Assembly: GCF_009914755.1 (NCBI RefSeq)
Contig: NC_060943.1
DNA length: 64,000 nt
Strand: one strand, 5' to 3'
Source of the DNA: the human T2T-CHM13v2.0 reference genome, Homo sapiens
The notes under the pieces are model-generated. The model saw nothing but the letters and a program-made list of their open reading frames with translations, was not told the origin of the DNA and searched no databases. Within the stretch, counting starts at the first letter, position 1, and each line of letters opens with the position of its first letter. This document shows positions 14,903 through 27,138 of the stretch, one piece after another. Made by a program: the position numbers and the translations under genes.

Positions 14903-16012
14903 ACTCTGCTACTTGAGAAAAATTATTGTTAAATGCTATGTCAGTACTGAGAAAATAAAATCTAACTACTTTATGGATGCATTATGTGCTTTTCCTGATA
15001 ATAATGTACTAGTACTATTATGCTTGATTGTACATTGTATATACATGTGTAATCATACATTAAGATCCACTCCCCATGCATATAAGCATATACATGAAAT
15101 TACAAACAGTGCTTAACCCATTGAATGGCATACCCACATATGTCAGATTTACCATACAAATACTGTTCAATACATTAAATCCTTATATTTTACATAGGAC
15201 ATGAAATTATTGATTATTCACAGTACATTCAGTCAAATCAATCCTTGACAACAAGCTTATTACCGCCAACAGGATTTCTTTAGTACTAAGCTTCAAGAAA
15301 CCAGCAACTTGCTTGAGATGTGTCCCACTTCTCGTTCTGGGCCCATGAAACTTGGATGAAACTATGCCTGCCATCTGGTTCTTACTTCAGGGTCACGGAC
15401 TTAAGATTGCCCATTCATTCCTCTTTAATAAGACATCTTGGTGGACTAATGGCTAACCAGTCCATGATCACACATCACTGTGATGGTGTCACACACTTGG
15501 TATTTTTTAATTTAGGGAATGTTGTGATCCAACATGGCTGTCACGGACTTGATGCAATAAAGCAAACTGTAGCTGAGCTGAAATTGAATAGTCTTTCTCT
15601 ACACTGAAACCATAAAGTGTTAATTACTCCATGTTCGGTGGACATAGTAAAAAACATGACACAAACATATACACACAATTTCCGTTAATTAACTCCACAA
15701 TCTCAAGCTATTGTAGTATTTGTGGATATAAGGCTTTTATTCTTGCCAAACTTCAAAACAGGAAATCTTGTATTTATTAACTACAGGTAAGGCATACATG
15801 CATACACACACACACACACACACACAAGTTCATCTAGAACTAAGTTTTAGCCCAACTCCTAAAGAATTTATCAAAATCCAAAAAATAAATTAAAAATTAG
15901 GCTTTCTGGGTTAAAAGTTTGTTTTTTACTAAATTTACTAAAAAATCCACCAATAATGACACAGCATTTAAACTTAGCCATTTTTTCTTGAGAGAGAATT
16001 TTCCACATATAA
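14903..16012 (+). other. Fossil mitochondrial control region (D-loop)
   Basis: ETAS-like ccccatgcatataagcatatacat (~15072); central domain gaaaccagcaac, catctggttcttacttcagg, aataagacatct; CSB1-like ttaattactccatgttcggtggacata (~15620); CSB3-like tgccaaacttcaaaac (~15745). Confidence 0.9.
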
Positions 16013-16082
16013 GCTAATGTAGCTTAATTCACAAAGCAAGGCACTGACAATGCCTAAATGAGTTCATATAACTCTATAAACA
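16013..16082 (+). tRNA. mt-tRNA-Phe pseudogene (anticodon GAA to GAC)
   Basis: gctaatgtagcttaattcacaaagcaaggcactgacaatgcctaaatgag...ataaaca. Confidence 0.9.
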
Positions 16083-17064
16083 AATAGGTTTGGTCCTGGC
16101 CTCTTTATTCATTTTTAGTAACACTTGCAACTATCTGCATTCTAGTGAGAATGTCCTCTAGATCAACAAAAATAAAATAGAGCAGGCTTCAAGCACACTA
16201 ATTAGCAGCTCGTAAAACCTTACTCTACCATACAGCCACAGAAAACAGCAATGATAAAAATTAAGCAATTAACACAAGATTGACTAAGTTATACTAATTT
16301 TCCTTAGGGTTTGTAAAATTTCATGCTTGCAGTCATATGACTAACCCAAATTAACAAAACAGCATAAAACATGTTTTTAACAAAACTCAGCATAAAACAT
16401 GTTTAAGATTATAAACAAAGTTATACCTTAACTAGGTCATAAAAAGCTACAGCTAATATAAAAATAAACTATGAAAGTGATTTAATATATTCTGAATACA
16501 TGATAGCAAAGACCCAAACTGGGAAGAAATACCCCAATATGCTTAGCCATAAACTTAATTAAATTAACAAAGTTATTCACTTTGTTAATTCACCAGAGTA
16601 ACTTTGTTAATTCACCAGAGTACTACCAGCAACAGCTTAAAACACAAAGGACTTGGCAGTGCTTATATCCCTTTTTTTTTGTAATCAATAAACCCCAGTA
16701 AACCTCACTATCTCTTGCTAATTCAGCCTATACACCGCCATCTTCTGCAAAACCTTAAAAGGTACTAAACACAAGTATTTACATAAAACGTTAGGTCATG
16801 GTGCAGCTTATAAAACAGAAATAAATGGGCTATATTTTCTAATTAAAGAACATTCCACTTACAACAAACTTAATGAAATTTAAGGCGAAAGGAAAATTTC
16901 ATAGTAAATTAAGAACAGAGAGCTTAATTGAATAGGGCCATGAAGTACGCACACAACCTTTCATCACCCTCCTCAAATATTTCAATATATCCAAATTTAT
17001 AATTAACATAAATTTATATGAGGTAAATCATAACAAAGTAAGCATACTATATGCTTTAATAAAC
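16083..17064 (+). rRNA. mt-12S rRNA pseudogene (full span, decayed)
   Basis: aataggtttggtcctggcct, aagacccaaactggg, caaaggacttggcagtgct, cagcctatacaccgccatcttc, atcaccctcctcaa. Confidence 0.93.
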
Positions 17065-17125
17065 CAAAGTGTTTATTAAAACCAGCCTACATCTGGAAGG
17101 TTTCATATTGATTTGACCGCTTTGA
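17065..17125 (+). tRNA. mt-tRNA-Val pseudogene (partly deleted)
   Basis: caaagtgt...gcctacatctggaaggtttcat...gaccgctttga between 12S and 16S. Confidence 0.75.
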
Positions 17126-17524
17126 ACCAAACCTAGCCCCAAATCAACAGAACCTAACAATTATATTTATTTAGACCAAAACATTTACTCACAACATAAA
17201 GTATAGGAGAAGGGAATTTCTTCAGGTGCTACAGAAAAAGTATCATAATGCAAAGATGAAAGAATATTAAGGACAAAAAAAGCAAAGCTAATCCTTTATA
17301 CCTTTTATGTAATGAATTAACAACAATTTTACAAAGAGAACTTTAGCTAAAAACCCCAAAACCAGACAAGCTACCCACAGACTAACTCATATATGTAGCA
17401 AAATAGTGAGAAGATCCATGAGTAGAAGTGAAAATCTGGTGATAGCCGGCTATTCAGAACAGAATTTCAGTTCAACTTTAAATTTACTCAAATTTTAATC
17501 AATGTAAATTTAAATGTAACTCTA
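17126..17524 (+). rRNA. mt-16S rRNA pseudogene, 5' ~400 bp
   Basis: aaacctagcccc, aaagtatagg, ccccaaaaccagacaagctacc, tatgtagcaaaatagtgagaagat, agttcaactttaaattt. Confidence 0.9.
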
Positions 17525-19355
17525 GGGGGGCACTCAAGATGGCTGACTAGAAGCAGCTAGTGTGCACCACTCTCAGGGAGAGGAAACAAAGTCGGAAGTA
17601 AATACTGTCTCTTTTAAGTGGATCATCTAAAACAGGGATCCCCAACCCGGAGCCACAGACCGTACTGTTTGGCAGCCTGTGGGGAACCGAGCTGCAGAGC
17701 AGGAGGTGAGCAGTGGGCGAGTGAGCATCACCACCTGAGCTCCGCCTCCGGTCAGATCAGCGGCAGCTTGAGATTCTCATAGGAGCTCGAACCCTATAGT
17801 AAAGTGTGCACAGGACGGATCTAGGTTGCGGGCTCCTTATGAGAATCTAACTAATGCCTGATGATTTGAGGTGGAACAGTTTCATCCCCAAACCAGTCCG
17901 CCCTTCCCCTCTCGCCCCACTCCCCACGGCCAGAAATACTGTGTTCCATGAAACCAGTCCCTGGTGCCAAAAAGGTTGGGATAGCGCTGGTCTAGAAGAC
18001 CATGTCAGGATTTACCACGGACGCCAGGGAACTCACAGAGAACAGAGAGAGAAGCCAGGCAGCCACCTTCCTGGGACTGGCATGGAGTGGGAGAAGCTCC
18101 CTAACATGGTGAAACGGTGAGAGAGTGAGAGTCCCTGGGGAAGCCACACTTCCCACATGGCCCTTTGCAATCCTGGGCACAGGAGGAACCCCCAACTCCC
18201 ATCCCTGGGCCACTAGACCAACACAGAAAGCCACCTAGAGTTTTTGCAGAGGCACTGCTCAAGCCCATGTGGAGCACCACAAGCCCCGGATCCCTGAGCA
18301 GCTTGGTGCCAGCTGCCATAACCCCAGTGGAAGCCGCAGTCACAGTGCTGAGGGGCGGTCAGAATGCCCAGCCCCTCCTCGCCAGGAAAGGCTCGGCTTC
18401 ACCCTGCCCCCGCCTGAGCTCCCTAGCACAGCGACCCTGTCCCGACCTGAACTCTGCAGGCAGGCACAGCTCCACATTCCCCCAGGAACCTCCCAGATAG
18501 CAGACCATGCAACCCCTGCCCTACCTCCTCTGAGGCGGCTAAGGCTCTTCCAGCGCAGCAACCGCACCTCTGCAGCAACCGCACCTCCGCCTAAACTCTG
18601 GTGGCCTGAGGTTCTGTGTTCCTCTGGGGCAGAACTCCCAGAGGTAACAGATAACACTTGGCACCTCTGTATGCCCTAAACAGTGAAGTTCGGCATTGTT
18701 TGGAAGGGAGGGAAGGGCAAGCGCGCCACGTGCTCCGCAGCTGTCAGTCTCCATTGCAGGAGTCCTGCTCCAGTGAAAGGCCCACAGCACAGCCGCCCTG
18801 CCCCCACCTGAACATTTCACCTGCAGCCCAGAGCCCTTCTGAAAATCCAAACCCCACATACCGTGATATTCCCTTGGGCTCCCACCACCTAAGTGTTCTG
18901 TAGGACCCTGCATGAGAGTTCGACCAGTGACCTGGAAACCAACCTGTCCCGCCTCCCCACATCATAGCCAGCACCTGAACTCTGGGCTAGCCCGACTGCA
19001 GTCCAGCCCCTTCAGGTCTCACACAGGTTGTCCAGTGGGCCAGCTAGGGGCCTGGGGGGAACTGGGGAACTACTTGCCCCATTCCAACTCTGCTGGCGCC
19101 TGACCATTTCCCCCAGGGCCTGAGGTCAGACCAACCCAACCAGCTGACACCAGCACAACACCCATTCACACAGGCCCTGTGGAGGAAGCCCCTTCTACAG
19201 GAAGCAGCAGTACTGTGACATCGGAAAACAGGTGACCCTTAACCAATGGGGAAAGGATTCCCTATTCAATAAATGGTGCTGGGATAACTGGCTAGCCATA
19301 TGCAGAAGAATGAAAGTGGACCCCTACCTTTCACCGTATAAAATAACTTAAGATG
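17525..19355 (+). mobile_element. Old primate L1 (L1PB/late L1PA type): 5'UTR fused to an ORF2 fragment, 3' end absent
   Basis: caagatggctgactagaagcagctagtg 5' terminus; GC-rich UTR; ORF2 motif ttcaataaatggtgctgggataactggctagccatatgcagaa at ~19265. Confidence 0.8.
17633..17989 (+). mobile_element. MER1B (hAT-Charlie) nested in the L1 5'UTR
   Basis: cagggatccccaacc...ccctggtgccaaaaaggttgggatagcgctg; degenerate 8-bp TSD atctaaaa/gtctagaa. Confidence 0.85.
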
Positions 19356-19359
19356 GCCT

Positions 19360-20269
19360 GATCTAGTACATGCAGAAGCCTCTGAAGATCTTACCATTTT
19401 CTCATTACATTTTGCAGGTGTTTCATCAATTTTCAGAGCTACTAATTTTAATTTTATTACAGTTATAAAGCCACCAGCCATATCTAATACCAGACACCAC
19501 TATTAATTGCAGCTGTGCTTTTATTACTCTCTCTCCCAGTACTAGCAACCAGCATCACCATACTACTGACAGACCATAACCTTAATATACTTTTTTTGAT
19601 CCAGCTGGAGGAGGAGATCCAATTTTAGGCCAACATTTATTCTGATATTTTTGTCTATCCAAAAGTGTACATTCTTATTTTACCAGGTTTTGGAATAATC
19701 TCACATATTGCTACCTATTATTCTGGAAAAAAAAGAACCATTTGATTATATAGAAATAATATGACCCATAATATCAATTTAGCTCATAAGCTTTATCGTA
19801 TGAGGCTATATTTACAGCACGGATAGACATTGATACCTGAATGTATTTTACACTAGCTACTATAATTATTGCTATTCCAACAGGAGTTAAAGTATTTAAC
19901 TGACTAGCAACCCTACATGGAGGTAATACTAAATGATCTCCAGCTATATTATCAGGTTTAGGCTTTATTTTCCTGCTGACAGTTGGAGGCCTAACAGGAA
20001 CTGTTCTAACTCATCAGCAGACATCAATCCTCATGATATATACTGTGCTACAGCACATTTCTAACATGTTCTATCAATAGCTGCAGTCTTCACCATCACA
20101 GGATTTATTCACTGATTCCCATATTTTCAGGTTATACACTCAACCTGAGCCAAAATCCATTTTGTATTTGTAGGTGTTAGCTTGACTTTCTTTCCACAAC
20201 ATTTTCTTGATTTATCAGGCATGCCATGACAATAACTACACTGATGGATATACAACATGAAATACCATC
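19360..20269 (+). pseudogene. mt-COX1 pseudogene (about codons 137-453)
   Basis: [73 protein letters not shown]. Confidence 0.95.
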
Positions 20270-20691
20270 TGCTATGGTTTGGATGTGGTTTGTACCCACC
20301 AAATCTCATGTTGAAATTTAGTCCCCAGTATGGCGTCTTGGGGGATGGGGTTTAGTGGGAGGTGCTTGGGTCATGGGGGCTGGTCCCCGAGAACAGATTA
20401 ATGCCCTCCCTCAAGGGTGACTGAGCTCTCGCTCTACTAGTTCTCAAGGGAGCTGGTTTTTAAAAAAGCCTGTCACCTTTCCCCTCTCACCATGTGATCT
20501 CTGCACACACTGGCTCCCCTTCACCTTCCATCATGAATGGAAGCAGCCTGAGGTCCTCACCAGAAGCCAAACAGACATAGGTGCCATGCTTCTTGTACAA
20601 CCTGCAGAACCACGAGCCAAATAAACCTCTTGTCTGTATAAATTACCCAGCCTCAGGTATCCTTTATAGTAACACAGTATGAACTAAGACA
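20270..20691. mobile_element. MST-family (MSTB/C-like) MaLR solo LTR at the COX1/COX2 junction
   Basis: tgctatggtttggatgtggtttgt...ataaattacccagcctcaggtat...aactaagaca. Confidence 0.85.
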
Positions 20692-20753
20692 CCTATTACA
20701 CTTGAATTAGTTCCACTATAACACTTTGAAAAGTGACCAGCATCTATGTTTAA
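20692..20753 (+). pseudogene. mt-COX2 3' end
   Basis: cctattacacttgaattagttccactataacactttgaaaagtgaccagcatctatg = PITLELVPL*HFEKWPASM, versus generic mammalian PIVLELVPLK.FEKWSASM. Confidence 0.85.
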
Positions 20754-21088
20754 ATACCAAAACTAGAAACATCCACATAATTTTTTTCAATAATTCTAGC
20801 ATTATTAACTTCAATTGAAATTTTTGAAATATGCCTATTCTTAAAATCCATCACCAAAGAACACTGAAGCCTTAAAACGTGAGACCCCCTTGGGAAAAAG
20901 ACAAGCTAAAATTTATTCACATCTTTCACTATTCCTACAATAATAGGACAATTTATTTATATTCTAATCATTTCATTCCCAAACATCATGTTTCCTACCC
21001 CCAATTGCCAAATCCATAATAGATTAGTCTCTTTTTAATAATGATTAGCACAACTTGTACTAACATAATAATACATAATGTCAAAGGA
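20754..21088 (+). pseudogene. mt-ATP8 and 5' part of overlapping mt-ATP6
   Basis: ATP8 start ata cca aaa cta gaa aca tcc aca (MP.L.TST), LQLK, TPWE; ATP6 [13 protein letters not shown]...[15 protein letters not shown]...WLAQLVL...HNVKG. Confidence 0.85.
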
Positions 21089-21212
21089 TGTTATTACCAA
21101 TAACAGCAACACGTCTTAAAGCACACTTTCAAGCAACCGTCCTTTTTGACCACCACCACTGAAGTTACCAGATCATTTACCTTTATACCACCCCTCCAGC
21201 ATTTTATCTCCA

Positions 21213-21525
21213 TTTCTTTCTTTCTTTCTTTTTTTTTTTTTTTTGGAGACATGGTCTTGCTCTGTCGCCCAGGCTGAAATGCAGTGGCGTGATCATGGTT
21301 CACTGCAACCTCGACCTCGGGGCTCAAATGATCCTCCCAACTCAGTCTCCCAAGTAGCTAGGACCACAGGCATGTGACATAATGCCCTGCTAATTTTTAT
21401 TTTAAGTAGAGATGGGGTTTTGCTATGTTGCCCAGGCTGGTCCTGAATTCCTGGGCTCAAGCAATTCACCCACCTCAGCCTCCCAAAGTACTGGGATTAC
21501 AGGCTTGAGCCATTGTGCCCAGCCT
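21213..21525 (-). mobile_element. AluJ-like
   Basis: Diverged Alu consensus. Confidence 0.85.
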
Positions 21526-21959
21526 ACCACCATTTTAAAGATTCTCCTGTGAAAAAAAAACAAAAAACAAAAACCTCTCCTGATTCTGTGGTTCACCCTG
21601 CAGTGGACAGGAGCTGCAGGGTGAACCAGGAGAATGGCAAAACTTCTCAAGAGGTATGCATGCTTCCTGTCTATACCTTTTGCTTTTCTTTCTCTCCTAC
21701 CACCATAATTAACATTTTGCCATATTTCCTTCCTAAATTTGTTCCATGGATTTTTATGTAGTTGAAATAATACTGCATATATAAACTGTAATCACACTTC
21801 TTTCCCCTAATTATTACAGTGTTCTTAAAACCTTCTAAAATATTGTAAACTCTATTTGTAACTTTGAGGGTTCCTCAAATGGGCCTTCAACAGTGCCTGG
21901 TGAGTTAATTCACTGTCCCACTCTAGTTTTTATTGTTGACTTACTTCTTTCTCACTCTC

Positions 21960-22970
21960 TTTTAAATACTCCACAATGAGGTTTTTGTTCCTCTCATTGC
22001 CAAACCCACCTTGTCAGGGTCACCAACACCCTTCATCCTGCCAAATCCAATAGCCAATTTTCAGCGTTCCTCTTACTTGAACTCCTAGCATTATCTCTCT
22101 CAGCTAACTGCTTCCTCCTTTTGTCAGTTGGCTTCCAATACACTGCATTCCCTCTTCCTAGGTCACAGGTTACTCAGGTTAGTCCTCAATTTCCTTTGCT
22201 AGATTGTTTTCCTGACTGAATGTTGGAACACCCCATGGTTCAGTCCTTGAGCTGTACCTTGCCTTCCATCTAAACCAATTCGCTCCATAATCTCATTCAG
22301 TTCCTCGGTACAGAGAGTAATCCCATATTTATCTCTTCAGTCCTGACTATCCCCTCCACCCACAGGCTTCCAAATGCTTATCTAACTTCACCACACAGAT
22401 ATCTAATAAGCATATCAAATACGTAACTCTTGACTTCCTTCTCCAGCCTTCCAAACCCTGATGCCTCTATTGCCAATCTTCAAAATAACTCCATTATGAA
22501 GGTATTAATTCTACCTTCAAAATATAGCCTGTTCTCATCACCTCCACATATTAAACCCAATTCCAAGCCACTGTTATCTCTAGTGTGAACTTCTGAACTA
22601 GTCCTCTCATTAGTCTTCCTGCTTTCATTTTTATCCTCACTGTTCACATAGCACTCAGTGACCTCTAAACAAAGATCCTTTACTTGTCTGCAAAAAGTCA
22701 GCCAGGGGCTCCCTATCACACTTAGAATAAAATCTCACTGCTTGCAACAACCAACAAGGTCCTACATGATTTGACCTCTGCCTATTTCTCTAACCTCACC
22801 TCAAATTTCCACTTTCAGTAGCCACACTGGCCTTCTTGCTGATTCTCAAACAAGTGAAGCTCAGTTTCTCTCAGGATCTTCTCTTCCCTCTGCCTGAACA
22901 CACCTTTCCCTGATTTACAGCCAACTTTATTCAGGTCTTAATTCAAATGTTACCTCCCCTGAGCTATCAT
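21960..22970 (+). mobile_element. L2 fragment (ancient LINE)
   Basis: gtcagggtcaccaac...ccaaatccaat, cttagaataaaatct, aaggtcctacatgat, caaatgttacctcc, typical of the L2 3' region. Confidence 0.65.
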
Positions 22971-23358
22971 TCCTGGTCCTCCTAACCTATGAACGTAGCA
23001 AGCTCTCAGTACGTATGTGCTGGCTAGAGATACTTATCCAAGTTTAACTATAAAAGAGCAACCAGGAAAAACGTAATTCAAAAAATAGATAAAAGCATTG
23101 TCCCCAAAAGAGATCAGACCAAAGGTAGCTCCCTTATTAAAACAAAAAGGGAATGTAAAACAGAAGAGTGGCAAATGGGAGTTGGGAGGGAGGTTCCACG
23201 GGGAACTCACACACATAACCTTCCTGCTCTCCCTATGTCTCAAGCCTTCTTTCCACAGGCCTTTGAAGAGAGCTTCAGGCACACACCTCAAAGTGCTGCC
23301 ACCTACGGATCAGCTGTATTATTAGCAATAGCTGACACTGTGACCAGCCTTTATTCAC

Positions 23359-23454
23359 CTGAGCTCTGTCTTTATGTCATGGTTCTCATCAGCATCCAGG
23401 GCTCCTTTCCTTGCTCCAATAAGGAAAGTATATTTGGCTTAGGGACTGCACATA
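23359..23454 (-). pseudogene. Decayed KRAB-B pseudo-exon of ZNF571
   Basis: 96 bp translating CAVPKPNILSLLEQGKEPWMLMRTMT*RQSS; acceptor reads aagcTG instead of aagcAG; in-frame TAA at 23374-23372; donor GTGAAT retained. Confidence 0.88.
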
Positions 23455-23664
23455 CAGCTTAAAAGAAAGGAAATGGTGCATGGTCATGCTAGGGGATTCC
23501 CAGATTCAAATCTAGTCCATTGGCATCAAAGAAGGGAGACACTGACAGGAAGTGACAGAGAAAGATGTGACAGTCTAAAGGATAAGAGATAAAAAGGTAC
23601 ACGGTGGAGCTGTCCATTTCTACTTCTACTCAAACGTAAGCCTTTCCTTAGGGAATGGAGATCA

Positions 23665-23889
<225 letters not shown>

Positions 23890-24442
23890 CTACAGGAATG
23901 ATTCTGAAGTGAAATGAGAAGAAAATGGAGGAGGTAATTGAAGGAAGCAAGTAACACAAAACAACAGGAAATTGGTTGCCTAAACAGTAGTATTAACCTG
24001 ATTCTCTATCATTCCTATTGCCACAGATAAAACTTCCTCTGTACAATAGAACAATTCCATTATCCAGAAAGGTCTGAGAATTTAAAAAGCCAGATGTGTG
24101 CAGTTTCTTGATTAAAGAAAATACTGCAAGCGTTTTCTTCACAACAGGTTTTAATTGCACAGCAGATAAGGCTTCCAAATCCTCAATAACTAATATACTC
24201 TCAATTAATACAAGTTCTTGCTCTCCCTTCTGCCTTTAAATACTTTTAAAAAGATGAATTTTTTTCCAAACAATGTTTACCAAATCTCTAGGTTAGAAAA
24301 TAAAATTTGAATATAACCTAAGAATTTTTTGAAGACTCAGATTCATCAAGTTATATTATGTCACAGAACAGAATGGACATATTTCCATTTTACATACAAA
24401 ATGATCTGCTTATTTGGGAGTATCTGAATTAGACAAATTCTC

Positions 24443-24760
<318 letters not shown>

Positions 24761-24972
24761 CTAATGTCTTTGAGCTCTTAGAATCTATAATTCTTGAGAG
24801 TATGCATCTGGCATGTTTTATTTGCTCCTATTTTCCACGTTCCTAGGCTATAGCAAGGTACTGGATGCCAGTCCAGGCACACAGAGACATCACTCTGAAC
24901 TGGTACATTCCGGGAAATCCCAAGGTGAACTTGACTATGATCATCCTCTCTCATTGGTTCCTGGGCAAGAGG

Positions 24973-25931
24973 GTTGTAGAAGGCAGAATAAAGGCCCCCC
25001 AAACATGTCCACAACCTAATCCCTGAAACAGTAACAGTACTGACTCAATGATAAAGAAAAGCTTGCTTGCTTAAATATAATTACTTTGCTTGACTTTGTA
25101 GATTATTCAGTAAGAACAGTCTCAGGAAAACAGGACCTTCAACAGAGATAAGAGAATTAAAATATGCAGACTAACAACTCTGGGAATGGGCTGACCAGCC
25201 TGATAAGAATAGGCTGATGGCACCTACAGAAGGCCACAAAACACTGACCAAGAAAGCAATGACCAACAAAGCAATGACCTGAGACTGCACATTTCACAAG
25301 AATGTTTTGATCATCATTTTTTCTAATTTCCCTTAAAAACCCCTGATATGGAGACAGAACTCGGCGGTCTTTGAACACTAGTTCACTGCCTCCCCTGGGT
25401 TGTTGGATTCCTGAATAGAGCTAACCATCCTTTCACCAATGCTCATCTCTTAAACTTTCAAGTGACAAGTGGTCTGGACCTGAATTTCGTTACAAAACCT
25501 ATGTATACCTTACCTTACATGGCAAAGGGGACTTTAGAAGTGCAATTAAATTAAGGATCTTGAGAGGGGGTTATCCTGGATTATCTGGTTGGGCCCAATG
25601 TATTTGTAAGTGATAGAGGGAGGCAGGTGAGTAAAAAAAGGAAACGTGATGATGAAAGCACAAGTCAAAATGTGATTGCTGGCTTTGAAAATGGATGGAA
25701 GCCACACCCCAGGGATCGTGGACAGCCTTTAGAACCAGAAAAGGACAAGGAAACAGATTCTCCAGTCCCCTAGAACCTCCAGAAGGAACATGGCTCTGCT
25801 AATACTATGATATTAGCCCTTTCAGACTGATTTCAGACTTCTGACCAGCAGAGGTATAAATCATAATTATATTGATTTAAGCCACTAAATTAGTGGTTAT
25901 TAGTAACGGCAGCAACAGGAAACTATATCAG
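24973..25931. mobile_element. MLT1 (MLT1D-like) LTR interrupted by an ERV1-type solo LTR (25030-25494)
   Basis: MLT1 motifs on both sides; the inner element ends ...gttaca and is flanked by 4-bp TSD aaac (25026-29, 25495-98). Confidence 0.7.
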
Positions 25932-26430
25932 CAACAAGACTCCTTCCTTCATAGAACCCAATTCCCAACCAATTTTCAAACTTTCACAGAAAATCTTGCC
26001 ACACACTGAGACTAGGAACATCCAACAAAAAAATGCTATCACTTTCAAATGGAAAACCCAGGATTGTAGAGAAGATCAAATTTTGTCATGTATCACATTT
26101 AAACACTCATCTCTACCTCACCAAACCGTGGTACTAATGTGTACCAATCTTAAAAGGAGGTATTTCTGTTCCCTCAGAGCTCTGGGCAGAAGACTATGCC
26201 TGTGGACAATGTAGAATTATCTGCTGAATGAATATCTGAAAACTGTTTGGAGAGGGGAAAAGCATTGAGAAGAATTGGGCTCTTTGCTACTATTACTCGC
26301 TAGAATGGGAGACGTTTGGAAGCAGTTCCCTTAAGAAACCAAACAAGGCAGGAAATTCTGGGATAAATCTGGTGTTCACATTACACAACAAAATGATTGT
26401 ACTTCAAGAAGGAAAGAAACAGCAACTCAC

Positions 26431-26508
26431 GTGGGGCATGGTTTTTTAGAACTGATCAATTTTCTGGGTTCTTCTCCTGGAGGTGTGCAAAGTCCAGAGA
26501 AGCCAGTG
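26431..26508 (-). CDS. ZNF571: ZNF571 exon 2 (5'UTR plus start codons M-P-H at 26439-26431)
   Basis: Minus strand reads ttccttgtccAG|cactggc...aaaaccATG CCC CAC|GTGAGT, the typical KRAB-ZNF three-codon initiator exon. Confidence 0.88.
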
Positions 26509-26649
26509 CTGGACAAGGAAAAAAAGCCACAAGATTAGACTTGGCTCACAGCCCACAAAATAAACTACTTAGAACTACCTTTACTTCTCCTCTTTTGGGA
26601 ATTTGGAAAAAATCTCAGTTCTTCCACAAACCCAATGGAAGCCAGCTAC

Positions 26650-27138
26650 TGCAGAAGGGGTTCAGGCAGACCTTTCCTTAATGTCCATGTTGAACAGGAC
26701 CCTAGGTGCTGTTACTTTCCCATGGCATCTCCTCTTCCACAGTAGAACAGAGGCATGCCCAGGGAGCCCCCCACCATCCTCCTGGACCCAAACACTAAGT
26801 CAGGTACTTTGCTCCCAATCTTAGGAAGGGGCTTCAGAGACCAAAATGTGGCCTTCTTTCAGACGTCATGAACATCAGCTAGACTCACAGACATTTTGAC
26901 AGACATATCAGGGTCAACAGATCCAAAACAGTCTCATCCCACTCCCCTGAATCTAGTTCTTTCTTGCCTGTTTACTCTTCCCTATAAAAGAAAATTCCTT
27001 TATGCCTGACCTTTGCTATGCTTGCAGATCTTATGGCTGGAGTATTCTCCCAATTACAACACCTCCTCCCTTACTGCAGTGTTCCTGTGAATAAAGTCAT
27101 TCCTTACCAAAGTCTGGATTTGTTTTTTTATTTCACAG
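26650..27138 (+). mobile_element. Probable ERV LTR relic (MER34/MER39-like), left edge uncertain
   Basis: ccctataaaag TATA, aataaagtc poly(A) signal, terminal ...tttcaca. Confidence 0.5.

Noticed and set aside
15800-15826. (CA)n in the control-region fossil as a relic of mitochondrial tandem repeats
   Set aside because: Cannot be distinguished from an ordinary nuclear microsatellite expansion.
17854-19103. Cluster of GC-rich ORFs and an apparent CpG island
   Set aside because: L1 5'UTR and MER1B sequence with no protein motif; the same applies to 61415-62542.
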